64,000 bases of DNA from Verrucomicrobiota bacterium (GCA_014584295.1 JACTNC010000058.1:148669-212668); one strand, 5' to 3'; counted from the first letter of the stretch, positions 28,374 to 36,605 are shown. Notes: generated from the sequence alone by a model not told the origin. Numbers and translations: made by a program.

Positions 28374-29162
28374 TCACCTGTCGCGCACGCGCTTCAGATA
28401 TGCACGCAGCCCGAGGACGGTCTGCGCGTGAATCTGGCAGATTCTCGATTCCGTGAGATTGAACACCGCGGCAATTTCAGCGAGGCGCATGTTCTGGTGA
28501 TAGTACATCGCGATGATCTTCTTCGGAATCTCTGGAAGCTCGGCAATCCGCTGCGCCATGAGCTGCATCAACTCCTCCTTCTCCATGCGATCACGGACCG
28601 AGACATCGCTCTCGTCGGCAATCAGCTCATGAAGCGATGTGCCATCACTGTCCTCGTTCTCAGTCGTCTGATCAATCGCCACAAAGCACACCGGACGGGC
28701 CTCCTCCATCCACTTGGCATATTCCTTCGGAGTGAGTCCCAGATGCTCGCGAACCTCCTCCTCACTCGCGGCGCGTCCGAGCTTCTGCTCAAGTTCGTTG
28801 ATGGACTCCTTGAGTTTCTTTGCCTTCGCGCGTGCGCGTCGCGGACACCAGTCAAGCCGGCGAAGCTCATCCAGCACGGCGCCACGGATGCGTGTGCTGG
28901 CATAGCCGGCAAAAGTGTGACCCTGCTCGGGGTCATACTTGCGGACCGCGGCGATGAGCCCGGTGACACCGACGCTGTAGAGGTCGTCGACATCGACATG
29001 AGCGGGCAGGTTGATCTTGATGCGGTCGACGACGTTTCGAACGAGTGGGAGGTAACGTTCGATCAGGTCTTTTTCGTCAATGGAACCCGTGGAGGATTGA
29101 TAGGCCCGCCAGGCATTGGCGGCGGCTGCGGGTTGGGCATAGGCGAGTGCGGCGTGTTTCAT
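28374..29162 (-). CDS. fliA: flagellar sigma factor sigma28
   Basis: Sigma70-family regions 2-4: YLPLVRNVV.., DLYSVGVTGLIAAVRKYDPEQGHTFAGYASTRIRGAVLDELR, and region 4 HTH MRLAEIAAVFNLTESRICQIH. About 260 aa, as for FliA. Confidence 0.9.
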   Translation of the reverse strand: MKHAALAYAQPAAAANAWRAYQSSTGSIDEKDLIERYLPLVRNVVDRIKINLPAHVDVDDLYSVGVTGLIAAVRKYDPEQGHTFAGYASTRIRGAVLDELRRLDWCPRRARAKAKKLKESINELEQKLGRAASEEEVREHLGLTPKEYAKWMEEARPVCFVAIDQTTENEDSDGTSLHELIADESDVSVRDRMEKEELMQLMAQRIAELPEIPKKIIAMYYHQNMRLAEIAAVFNLTESRICQIHAQTVLGLRAYLKRVRDR

Positions 29163-29213
29163 TGGGGGCTGGATTTCAGGATGTGGATTGAGTGTGGAAA
29201 TTGAATGGACTCA

Positions 29214-29489
29214 TCAGCGCGTCTTCGCGGGCGCGGCCGCTGCGACGGGCACTGCCTTTTCCGCTGCTTGGGCCTCTGCCTCGGCGCTTGCGGCAATGCG
29301 GTTCAATGCGATGGCCTCGCCAAAAACCTTGATCACGACCGACCAGAACCAGCGGAAGAGCAGGGCGCCCGCCAGACAGCCGATTGCGGCATCGCGAAGG
29401 ACGAGATCAGGGGCGCGATCGGCAAGGAATCCCGCGGCGGCGGTGAGGGAGAATCCGGCGAACCCGCCGGTGAGAAAAATGAATTTCAT
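29214..29489 (-). CDS. hypothetical small membrane protein (91 aa) at the position usually occupied by flhG
   Basis: ATG start. Two hydrophobic helices (FIFLTGGFAGFSLTAAAGFL; IGCLAGALLFRWFWSVVI) and an Ala/Glu-rich tail. Lies 12 nt after flhF. Confidence 0.5.
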   Translation of the reverse strand: MKFIFLTGGFAGFSLTAAAGFLADRAPDLVLRDAAIGCLAGALLFRWFWSVVIKVFGEAIALNRIAASAEAEAQAAEKAVPVAAAAPAKTR

Positions 29490-29501
29490 GATGTGCGTGA
29501 A

Positions 29502-30623
29502 TCAGGATCCGGGTAGTGTCTTGCGAAGGACGGCATTGATCGCGTCCGTCTCGATATCGCCCGTCAGGCTCGGCCCGGTTGCGAGAAACAGGGGCGTCAC
29601 GTCGCCATCGACGAGGAAGTCGAGGAGTCTTCCCCAATGCCCAAGTTCGTCGAGATGCGTGAAGACGAGATGCGTCGCACCCGCGGAGCGGCCCGCATTG
29701 TACGCAGCGCGCAGGCTGGCGAGATCGTGCAGCGCGTTCAGGACGAGCACTCTTCCATCGATGCGTTCGGTATCCAGAAAGCGAACGATGCTGGCATTGG
29801 CCGCGGCTTGCAGCGAAAGAGCCGGAAGATCCACGAGAACGAAGTCCTCTGCCGAGGCATCCTCGATCCTACGCACGCCGGGTTCTCCTGGTATGTAGTG
29901 TTCCAGCGTCAGGCCGACCGCCTCACAAAAAACTGAAAGTCCTTCGGTCAGATTGGGTCGGTCAAACTCTGCCTTGATCACCCTGCCCTTGCGTCCACGA
30001 ACGAAAACGGACTGGGAAAGCCATTTGGAAAGCGCGGTGGTTCGACCCGAGCCCGCAGTGCCCATGAAGGCCGCGCGCAACGGGAACGCACGTGCTGCCC
30101 TCGAAGCGGATCCCGATCGCAACGCCTGCCCAAAGTCGGCAAGTGCACGATAGAGCGGAGCATCCGCACCAAGACTCGGCAGGGTCTGGAATCGCGAGAC
30201 AAGCGCCTCGGAGAAGCCAGAGCGCCTAAGCAGATCCGGGAGCCGCGGAGCGGATTCCGCCACACGCGCCGGCGTCTCGGAATTCAATCGCTCACGAACG
30301 GGTTGTTCGTGAGCACCACGCTCCGCCGTCGCTCCAGCTTCAAGCGTCCCCGGAACCGGTGCATTCTCGACGGAGCGTCCGGAAATCGCGACCGTCTCCT
30401 CGGCTTCTCCGGAATCGAGCTGTGCAATCACCTCCAGGCGCGGACGCCCAAAAAGGCCGGAGAGCCCCTGACCCGGAAGCTGCCGCACGGAAAGAACCTT
30501 TGCTTTCTCTCCCAGTTGCGTGCGAATCGCCTGAACCGCCTCTTCCGCAGACCGCACGACGAGCTTGTAGATCGCATTGGCCGGGGAACGATTTTCAGCG
30601 GTGGCGAAAGCGGAGGGGGACAT
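29502..30623 (-). CDS. flhF: flagellar biosynthesis protein FlhF (SRP-type GTPase fold, degenerate motifs)
   Basis: N-terminus YKLVVRSAEEAVQAIRTQLGEKAKVLSV and a C-terminal NG-like domain, located after flhA. The G boxes read GTAGSGRTT, VLVDLPALS and FTHLDEL instead of GxxGxGKT, DTAG and TKLDE. Confidence 0.75.
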   Translation of the reverse strand: MSPSAFATAENRSPANAIYKLVVRSAEEAVQAIRTQLGEKAKVLSVRQLPGQGLSGLFGRPRLEVIAQLDSGEAEETVAISGRSVENAPVPGTLEAGATAERGAHEQPVRERLNSETPARVAESAPRLPDLLRRSGFSEALVSRFQTLPSLGADAPLYRALADFGQALRSGSASRAARAFPLRAAFMGTAGSGRTTALSKWLSQSVFVRGRKGRVIKAEFDRPNLTEGLSVFCEAVGLTLEHYIPGEPGVRRIEDASAEDFVLVDLPALSLQAAANASIVRFLDTERIDGRVLVLNALHDLASLRAAYNAGRSAGATHLVFTHLDELGHWGRLLDFLVDGDVTPLFLATGPSLTGDIETDAINAVLRKTLPGS

Positions 30624-30637
30624 TCGGCATCGCCTGA

Positions 30638-30653
30638 TGCTAGGCTCGTGCCA
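30638..30653 (-). promoter_or_regulatory. sigma54-type promoter upstream of flhF
   Basis: The minus strand reads TGGCACGAGCCTAGCA. The -12 C (30639) is 16 nt from the flhF ATG (30623). Confidence 0.6.
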
Positions 30654-30759
30654 ACGAAATCATGTGTATCGTATAATACTGTTTATTCGTGAGTTAAACA
30701 ATTTTATCTAGGGCTCATTACCTAGATACGCCGGTCTGAGATGGCACCTGATTGTCCAG

Positions 30760-30774
30760 CGGCAGAAATTGCCG
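30760..30774. promoter_or_regulatory. palindromic upstream element, flhF
   Basis: CGGCAGAAATTGCCG. Its centre is 115 bp upstream of the -24 GG of the flhF promoter. Confidence 0.55.
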
Positions 30775-30925
30775 GAAAACATTGCCTGATACCCATTATC
30801 GGCCGAATCCGCAGCGGACTTCACTCCAATCCTATGAAGGTCCATCTGCAGATTGGAGTATGGACGCAGATTTCAGAGACAATCCACTCAGTCCGAGCAG
30901 GGTGGATCACGATCCTCCGTCACCG

Positions 30926-31092
30926 GGAGGGGCCCGCTTCGTCGTGACCGGATTGGTATCGAAATGTGGCTGGAGCTTCCAGCTCCCGATCTTGATCCGA
31001 GCAGACCAATCGATCTCAAATCGGATTTCGATCCACGGGACCTGGAAGGTCCCGCTACCAGCCAAACCGGTCACGACGATGCGTGACCCTCC
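30926..31092. repeat. 167-bp MITE/REPIN-like element C
   Basis: Terminal units at 30926-30949 (GGAGGGGCCCGCTTCGTCGTGACC) and 31069-31092. The interior has hairpins GGAGCTTCCAGCTCC and GGGACCTGGAAGGTCCC and aligns with element B. Confidence 0.85.
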
Positions 31093-31130
31093 AATGACAC
31101 GAGCAGATTCAAGCGCGAGAGACCAAATCC

Positions 31131-33344
31131 CTACGCTGCGCGAAGTGCAGGTGCTGCTGCCTCAAGCCGAGCGACGAGGTGCGGAGGAATCGTCACGATC
31201 GCCGTGTTCTCAATCTCCGTGCTCGGCGGCAGTTCCTGAAATGCCAGAACAACAAGTCTCGGGAATGACGGTTCAAAGAAGCGTTTCAACGCAAGTCTGA
31301 GCTCGGTGCTCACAACAAGAACCGGAGTCAGGTTCTGCTGCGTGAACTCCGCCACACGTGCGTTCACCTCGGTCAGCAGATGTCGGCCAAGCATCGGATC
31401 CAGGGCAAGGCCCACTTCACTCGGCGTGCGATGGATGCGTGCAATCAGCACCTGCTCGAGTCGCGGATCAAACGTCGCTGCCTTGAGCAAGCCCGGGCGG
31501 TATTCCAGCTCAGGCACAAAATAGAGCCCAAGGCGGCGGCGTGCGAGTTCGCTGAGATCGTCCGGGTTCTTCGTGACGCTCGCGAAATCGCCGATGCACT
31601 CGAGGATGAGCGGCAGATTGAGAATCGAGAGATTTTCCCGCAGTAGGTTCTGCAGCACGCGCTGGATGATTCCGAGATTGACGAGGTCCGGCAGCAGCTC
31701 CGAAACCAGCGCGGGGTGCGATTCCTTGAGATGATCGATCAGCGTCTGCACGTCCTGCCGGCCTAGGAGGAGATGGGCGACACTCTTCAGCGTTTCCGAC
31801 ACATGCGTGATCATCACCGACGACGGATCCACGACGGTATAGCCGTTGAGCTCTGCCGTCTTTCGCTCGGTCTCGTCGATCCACACGGCCTCAAGGCCGA
31901 ACACCGGCTCGCGCGTGGGCAGGCCGCGAAGCGCAACCGTGCTGTTGGAAACATTCATGGCCATGCTGCGGCCGGGTTGAACCTGCCCCTTGGCCACCGT
32001 CTTCCCACGCAGGAGGAAGCGGTACTCATTTGCCTCGAGTTCGAGGTTGTCGCGCACCGATACGGGCGGAACAAGTATGCCCTTTTCGCGCGCGAGTGTC
32101 TTGCGCACGCCGGTTACGCGCGACAGGAGATCCCCTCCCTGCTTGGCATCGGCCAGCGGAAGCAAGCCGTATCCAATCTCGATCGCAAACACATCGAGGT
32201 CCACAAGCTTACGAAGATCCTCGGAAATCGCGCCTTTGCCGGAGGACGAAGCGCCTTCCTTTCCACCGGCGGCCGACTTGCCGGACCCAGCGGCTTTGGC
32301 CGTCACCGCGGCAATCTCCGCCGAGGCCTCGTCGACACGCTGCTGCTGCTTGAGAATGCGGGCAATGTATCCTCCGACAAGCGCCAGGCTCAGGAACGGC
32401 AGTGCGGGCATGCCAGGCATCAGGCCAAACACTCCCAGCATCGCCGCCGAAATTCCGATGGCGCGGGGATACCGGACCAGTTGTCCCCCGATCTGCTGTC
32501 CGAGGTTTCCAGTGCCTGCCGCACGCGTTACCAAAATGCCCGCGCCAACCGAAACGATGAGCGCCGGAATCTGCGAAACCAGGCCGTCACCGATCGACAA
32601 CAGCGTGAATTTCGTCGCGGCCTCCGAAAGCGTCATGTCCATCTGCAGCACGCCAATCGCGAAACCGCCGATGACGTTGACGAGCGTGATAAGGATGCCA
32701 GCAATTGCGTCGCCTCGAACAAACTTGGAGGCACCATCCATCGCACCGTAGAAATCAGCTTCCTTCTGGACCTTTTGGCGTCGGGCGGTGGCGGTGGCCT
32801 CGTCAATGATGCCCGCGTTGAGTTCGGCATCGATCGCCATTTGCTTGCCGGGCAGGGCGTCCAGCGTAAAACGCGCGCTCACCTCCGCTATGCGGCCAGC
32901 ACCCTTCGTGATGACCACGAAATTGATGACGACGAGAATGAGGAAAACCACAAAACCTACGATGTAGTTGCCCTGGATGACAAAGTGACCAAACGACTCG
33001 ATCACATGGCCCGCCTCGCCCTTGGTGAGAATCAGCCGCGTCGAGCAGATGTTGAGCGCGAGGCGGAAGAGCGTTAGCGCAAGCAGCAGGGTGGGAAATC
33101 CGGCAAATTCGGGCGGATCCTTCACGTAGATCACGATCAGCAGCATCAGCAGCGAAACCCCCATCTGGAGCGCGAGCATGACATCCAGCGCCAGTGCCGG
33201 CAGCGGCACCAGGAGCATGAGCACCGTCATGAAAAGCGCTCCCGTAAAGATCAGGTCGGCGCGCTTGAGCAGATCGACACGCGCCCCCTTCGCGGGCAGT
33301 GACTGAGGAACGACAGAGGGATCGGTTGCAGCAGCGGAAGCCAT
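31131..33344 (-). CDS. flhA: flagellar type III export gate protein FlhA
   Basis: 737 aa. FHIPEP-type region FVRGDAIAGILITLVNVIGGF and a typical cytoplasmic domain. Confidence 0.95.
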   Translation of the reverse strand: MASAAATDPSVVPQSLPAKGARVDLLKRADLIFTGALFMTVLMLLVPLPALALDVMLALQMGVSLLMLLIVIYVKDPPEFAGFPTLLLALTLFRLALNICSTRLILTKGEAGHVIESFGHFVIQGNYIVGFVVFLILVVINFVVITKGAGRIAEVSARFTLDALPGKQMAIDAELNAGIIDEATATARRQKVQKEADFYGAMDGASKFVRGDAIAGILITLVNVIGGFAIGVLQMDMTLSEAATKFTLLSIGDGLVSQIPALIVSVGAGILVTRAAGTGNLGQQIGGQLVRYPRAIGISAAMLGVFGLMPGMPALPFLSLALVGGYIARILKQQQRVDEASAEIAAVTAKAAGSGKSAAGGKEGASSSGKGAISEDLRKLVDLDVFAIEIGYGLLPLADAKQGGDLLSRVTGVRKTLAREKGILVPPVSVRDNLELEANEYRFLLRGKTVAKGQVQPGRSMAMNVSNSTVALRGLPTREPVFGLEAVWIDETERKTAELNGYTVVDPSSVMITHVSETLKSVAHLLLGRQDVQTLIDHLKESHPALVSELLPDLVNLGIIQRVLQNLLRENLSILNLPLILECIGDFASVTKNPDDLSELARRRLGLYFVPELEYRPGLLKAATFDPRLEQVLIARIHRTPSEVGLALDPMLGRHLLTEVNARVAEFTQQNLTPVLVVSTELRLALKRFFEPSFPRLVVLAFQELPPSTEIENTAIVTIPPHLVARLEAAAPALRAA

Positions 33345-33380
33345 GGGAAATTCGACGAGTGAGAAATTCAGCGATCAGAT

Positions 33381-34505
33381 TCAGGCGACGCCTCGCAGCG
33401 CCTGACTTTCAGCAGCGGTTCGGCGCATCTTCAGTTCGTGGAAGTACAGGCGGTGGGTCTTGTACACGAACGCAAGGATGCCTGCGACCGCCTGATAGAG
33501 CTCGTTGGGAATCGGCTGCCCCACGATCCCCATGCTGAAGAGCATACGCGCCACCGGCCGGTTTTCGACCATGGGCACCCCGTGTTCGGCCGCGAGAGCC
33601 TTGATGCGCATCGCAAACCGGTTGTCGCCCTTCGCGAGCACAATGGGAGCATTGTCCTTGCCGCGCTCATACTTCAGCGCGACCGCATAGTGGGTGGGAT
33701 TCGTGACCACGACGTCCGCCGTCGCGACGGCGCTGAGCATCTGTTTCTGCATCAGGCGTCGTCCCATGCGACGCATGGCACTCTTGGTGTTTGCGTCGCC
33801 TTCCGACTGCTTGTGCTCATCCTTCACCTCTTGCCGCGTCATGCGCATCTCCTTGAAGGTCTTGAATCGCTCGTATGAATAGCTGAGTGCAGCGATGATA
33901 CCTAGGGCAACGAGCAGTTTGCCGAAGAACTCAACGGTGGCTCGATGTAAGAAGCCCCCGAGGTAGGCGCTTTCGACGGGAGCGCTGAACAACGGATCCG
34001 CGAGCAGGTTCTTAGCTGCCATCCAGAGGACGAAGCCAATGCCCAGCATCTTCAGAAAATCGATCAGGCCATGCACCGCCGTGGTTTTTGAAAACAGGCG
34101 CTGAAGCCCCTGCACCACATCAAGCCGCTCCATCTTGAAGCCAAGAGCCTTGGGCGAAATCCGAAAACCGGTCTGGAAACCACCGGCGAGCAAGGTGGCC
34201 GTTGTCGTTGCCAGCAACACGGGCAGGAGCACGCGTGCAATGACGAGCCCGACTTCGTCCATCTGCCCGGGGAGCGTCGCGATTTCCAAACGCGCCGCGC
34301 CAAGGTCCCGCCAGAACAAGGTCGCGAGTGCTGCGACCTCATGCATGCCACCGGAAAGGCTCATCGAAAAAATCCCCAATGCCGCGGCCAGCATCGCAAC
34401 GACCTGAAGCTCGGGCGTCTTGGCGAACTGGCCGCGATCCATCGCGTCCGCTTTCCGCTTGTCTGTCGGCAGCTCGGTTTTTGAGTCGTCGTCGTGTTCA
34501 GCCAT
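33381..34505 (-). CDS. flhB: flagellar export switch protein FlhB
   Basis: N-terminus MAEHDDDSKTELPTDKRKADAMDRGQFAK and an NPTH autocleavage motif in VVVTNPTHYAVAL. Confidence 0.95.
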   Translation of the reverse strand: MAEHDDDSKTELPTDKRKADAMDRGQFAKTPELQVVAMLAAALGIFSMSLSGGMHEVAALATLFWRDLGAARLEIATLPGQMDEVGLVIARVLLPVLLATTTATLLAGGFQTGFRISPKALGFKMERLDVVQGLQRLFSKTTAVHGLIDFLKMLGIGFVLWMAAKNLLADPLFSAPVESAYLGGFLHRATVEFFGKLLVALGIIAALSYSYERFKTFKEMRMTRQEVKDEHKQSEGDANTKSAMRRMGRRLMQKQMLSAVATADVVVTNPTHYAVALKYERGKDNAPIVLAKGDNRFAMRIKALAAEHGVPMVENRPVARMLFSMGIVGQPIPNELYQAVAGILAFVYKTHRLYFHELKMRRTAAESQALRGVA

Positions 34506-34522
34506 GGCCTCCCGTCGGGGAA

Positions 34523-34538
34523 TGCAAGGACAGTGCCA
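34523..34538 (-). promoter_or_regulatory. sigma54-type promoter upstream of flhB
   Basis: The minus strand reads TGGCACTGTCCTTGCA (perfect consensus). The -12 C (34524) is 19 nt from the flhB ATG (34505). Confidence 0.7.
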
Positions 34539-34611
34539 CGATGCACGGGTGTTATGTGTCTATTATGCTATCAACATCTTACGAGATTCTCATCGGATAC
34601 AAAACGGCACC

Positions 34612-34626
34612 CGGCAAAATCTGCAG
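34612..34626. promoter_or_regulatory. palindromic upstream element, flhB
   Basis: CGGCAAAATCTGCAG (one arm mismatch). Its centre is 82 bp upstream of the -24 GG of the flhB promoter. Confidence 0.45.
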
Positions 34627-34658
34627 TATCCGCTATCGGGCGTTCAGGAAATGCAGCC

Positions 34659-34752
34659 GGAGCTTCCAGCTCCCGCTCTCGTCCCCGTCAGACCGGCCGA
34701 TTTCAAACCGAATTTCGATCGTCGCACAGCCAATTGACATTGTTCCCAACCT
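34659..34752. repeat. partial copy of the B/C-type element interior
   Basis: Starts with GGAGCTTCCAGCTCCCG, identical to element C, followed by a diverged ..CCGATTTCAAACCGAATTTCGATCG.. Lacks a left terminal unit. Confidence 0.5.
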
Positions 34753-35009
34753 GGACGGGCAAGCATCGTCGTGCCCGGGATCGCTCCGCGCATTCCAACG
34801 CCAGCAAATTCGCCAATTCATCGGAATCGTGTTCTCTTGTAACAATGCCCCGGAGTAAAATCCTGGACACATCCCAGACCAAACCGGGCACGACGAAGCG
34901 TGCCCCTCCAAATTCACAGGAAGATCAATCTTCTCCTCAGCAAGTGCGCAGATTCCCAATCCATCTGATCCGCAGATTTCGCGGACGGACGCAGATTCTG
35001 GCATCGATC
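34753..35009. repeat. left about 257-bp direct repeat (second-type REPIN of 157 bp plus about 100-bp tail) flanking the TA cassette
   Basis: Units at 34753-34776 (degenerate GGACGGGCAAGCATCGTCGTGCCC) and 34886-34909. The tail AAATTCACAGGAAGATCAATCTTCTCCTCAGCA..GGCATCGATC is nearly identical to 36297-36395. Confidence 0.8.
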
Positions 35010-35024
35010 AGAGTCAAACTGTGG

Positions 35025-35191
35025 TCATGTCTTACGCTTTAACCGAGTCAGCAAATCCTCGTCTGCATCGCTCAGCAATCGGCGCCTCACCACTTCGGCT
35101 TGCTTGCTGACACGTGTCCGCGAGGTCATGTCCAACGCTTTGGCAATGCCCCCAGTTGCTCATAGGAAACTGTGCTTGCTCTCTTCATCAT
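35025..35191 (-). pseudogene. frameshifted small helix-turn-helix ORF (about 55 aa if repaired)
   Basis: The minus strand reads ATGATGAAGAGAGCAAGCACAGTTTCCTATGAGCAACTGGGGG.. (MMKRASTVSYEQLG). After a G5 run (C5 on the plus strand, 35149-35153) it continues in another frame as IAKALDMTSRTRVSKQAEVVRRRLLSDADEDLLTRLKRKT*. The 167-nt span needs +1 nt to be in frame. Confidence 0.3.
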
Positions 35192-35242
35192 CAAGTCAAT
35201 CGATAAGACCTGACGCTACGGATGGCCCTCCAATCCCGCGCT

Positions 35243-35668
35243 TTATTCGATCCTATCCAAAACCAGCCGAAAACGGCGCGAACCATGGCGCCGGTAAGTC
35301 CGGAAGCCACGCTCATCCAGCGTCAGAATTTTATCCAGGCCGGTTTCCTCAGCAAGCAACACCAATGTGGCATCGGCAAAGTCCATCGGCGTGTCTGTAT
35401 ATTTACCCATCAGTCGGGCGGCCGCGCGAAGTTGCTCCGGGGCAAAGCAATCCCGAATGACAATCTGGGCGTCATCGAGAAACTCCACCAATACCTCTGC
35501 GCCCCTCGCCTGCCCGCCGATGAAATGCATGGCTTCGGTCACCACAGCTCCCGTGGTCAGCAAGGTTCCGGAAAATGCGGACAAGACCCTGGCACAACGT
35601 TCATGCTGAGGGTCGCCCCGGTTAAGGGCCGCCACCAAGGGGCCGGTATCGAGCAACCAAGAAGTCAC
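35243..35668 (-). CDS. vapC: PIN-domain toxin (VapC-like)
   Basis: PIN acidic residues in WLLDTGPL, VVTEAMHF, MDFADATL and ILTLDERGF. GTG at 35666-35668 overlaps the antitoxin TGA (35665-35667) as GTGA. An alternative ATG at 35704 would overlap by 40 nt. Confidence 0.75.
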   Translation of the reverse strand: MTSWLLDTGPLVAALNRGDPQHERCARVLSAFSGTLLTTGAVVTEAMHFIGGQARGAEVLVEFLDDAQIVIRDCFAPEQLRAAARLMGKYTDTPMDFADATLVLLAEETGLDKILTLDERGFRTYRRHGSRRFRLVLDRIE

Positions 35669-35925
35669 GACCGGGTGTTCATCCGCAGCAGGTGCTCCCG
35701 CCATGGATCCTTGCCTTGGGGCACCGGTGAAAAATCAAGGCGACCCAAGTGGCGTCCGGCCCGCTCGCCCACTGTACCCGGTCGCAGCAGCTGCCCGGCA
35801 ATCAACTCACGCACCAGTTCGGATTCGGTCCGTCCCGAGGCGGCTGCACGCGCACGCAACGCCTTCCGATGGGCTGCCGGCAAACGAATGGTGAGTGTTT
35901 CGGACATGTCGGAAACGTTATCCAT
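35665..35925 (-). CDS. vapB: ribbon-helix-helix (CopG/RHH) antitoxin (VapB-like)
   Basis: RHH pattern ETLTIRLPAAHRKALRARAAASGRTESELVRELI. Candidate ATG starts at 35925 or 35907; the track ORF extends to 36051. Confidence 0.65.
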   Translation of the reverse strand: MDNVSDMSETLTIRLPAAHRKALRARAAASGRTESELVRELIAGQLLRPGTVGERAGRHLGRLDFSPVPQGKDPWREHLLRMNTRS

Positions 35926-36134
35926 CGTAAGACACTCCGCAAGACATAATGGTTCTCGCAACAGCTCCCGGGGTATTTGCCCAAGACATGCCCTGCCAAG
36001 AGAAGTCCGATCGATCTCTCCTTCGCGTCTTCTCGGCTTCGCGTGAGTCATTCACGCTCATGCTTGGCGATGGCAAGATGGGTTCACATGAAGTCACGAA
36101 GACACGAAGGGCTGATGAAATACCGGACAGCTGA

Positions 36135-36395
36135 GGAGGGGCACGCTTCGTCGTGACCGGGATCGCTCAGCGTACTTCAACGCCAGCAAATTCGCCCATT
36201 CATCGACCTCGTGTTCCCTTGTGACAATGCCCCTGCCCTGAATAGGATCCTGGCCGCATCCCAAACCGATCTGGGCACGACGACGCGTGCCCCTCCAAAT
36301 TCACAGGAAGATCAATCTTCTCCTCAGCAGGTGCGCAGATTCCCAATCCATCTGATCCGCAGATTTCGGGACGGACGCAGATTCCGGCATCGATC
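36135..36395. repeat. right about 261-bp direct repeat (second-type REPIN plus tail)
   Basis: Units at 36135-36158 and 36273-36296. By eye, the tail differs from the left copy at only a few positions. The interior GGGATCGCTCAGCG..CAACGCCAGCAAATTCGCC.. aligns with the left copy. Confidence 0.8.
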
Positions 36396-36544
36396 CGCCT
36401 GGAGCCAATCTGCGTAAATCGGAGCCATCTGCGGATTTTATCTTCCGAGATGCTTTGCATTCTTCTATCTGGGCACAACGAAAGGGATCCGTACTGGGCT
36501 CAAGAAACATCGTAAGGCTTACAAGTCGGCGTTGGTCGAAATTG

Positions 36545-36605
36545 GGAGCTGGAAGCTCCCGCTACGCTCTGACGCCAAGCCGGGCACGACGAAGCGTGCC
36601 CCTCC
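36545..36605. repeat. partial element (inner hairpin plus one terminal unit)
   Basis: GGAGCTGGAAGCTCCC (36545-36560), then GGGCACGACGAAGCGTGCCCCTCC (36582-36605). Confidence 0.7.

Noticed and set aside
20486-29489. Search for the anti-sigma28 factor FlgM among the small ORFs (84 aa, 91 aa, 106 aa, FlgN-like).
   Set aside because: None shows the FlgM C-terminal sigma28-binding pattern. flgM, fliD and fliS are probably encoded outside this window.
22536-36605. Possible CRISPR array, given the repeated 24-nt unit.
   Set aside because: The copies are scattered over 14 kb, occur in both orientations as inverted pairs, have non-uniform spacing, and there are no cas genes. This is REP/MITE-like, not CRISPR.
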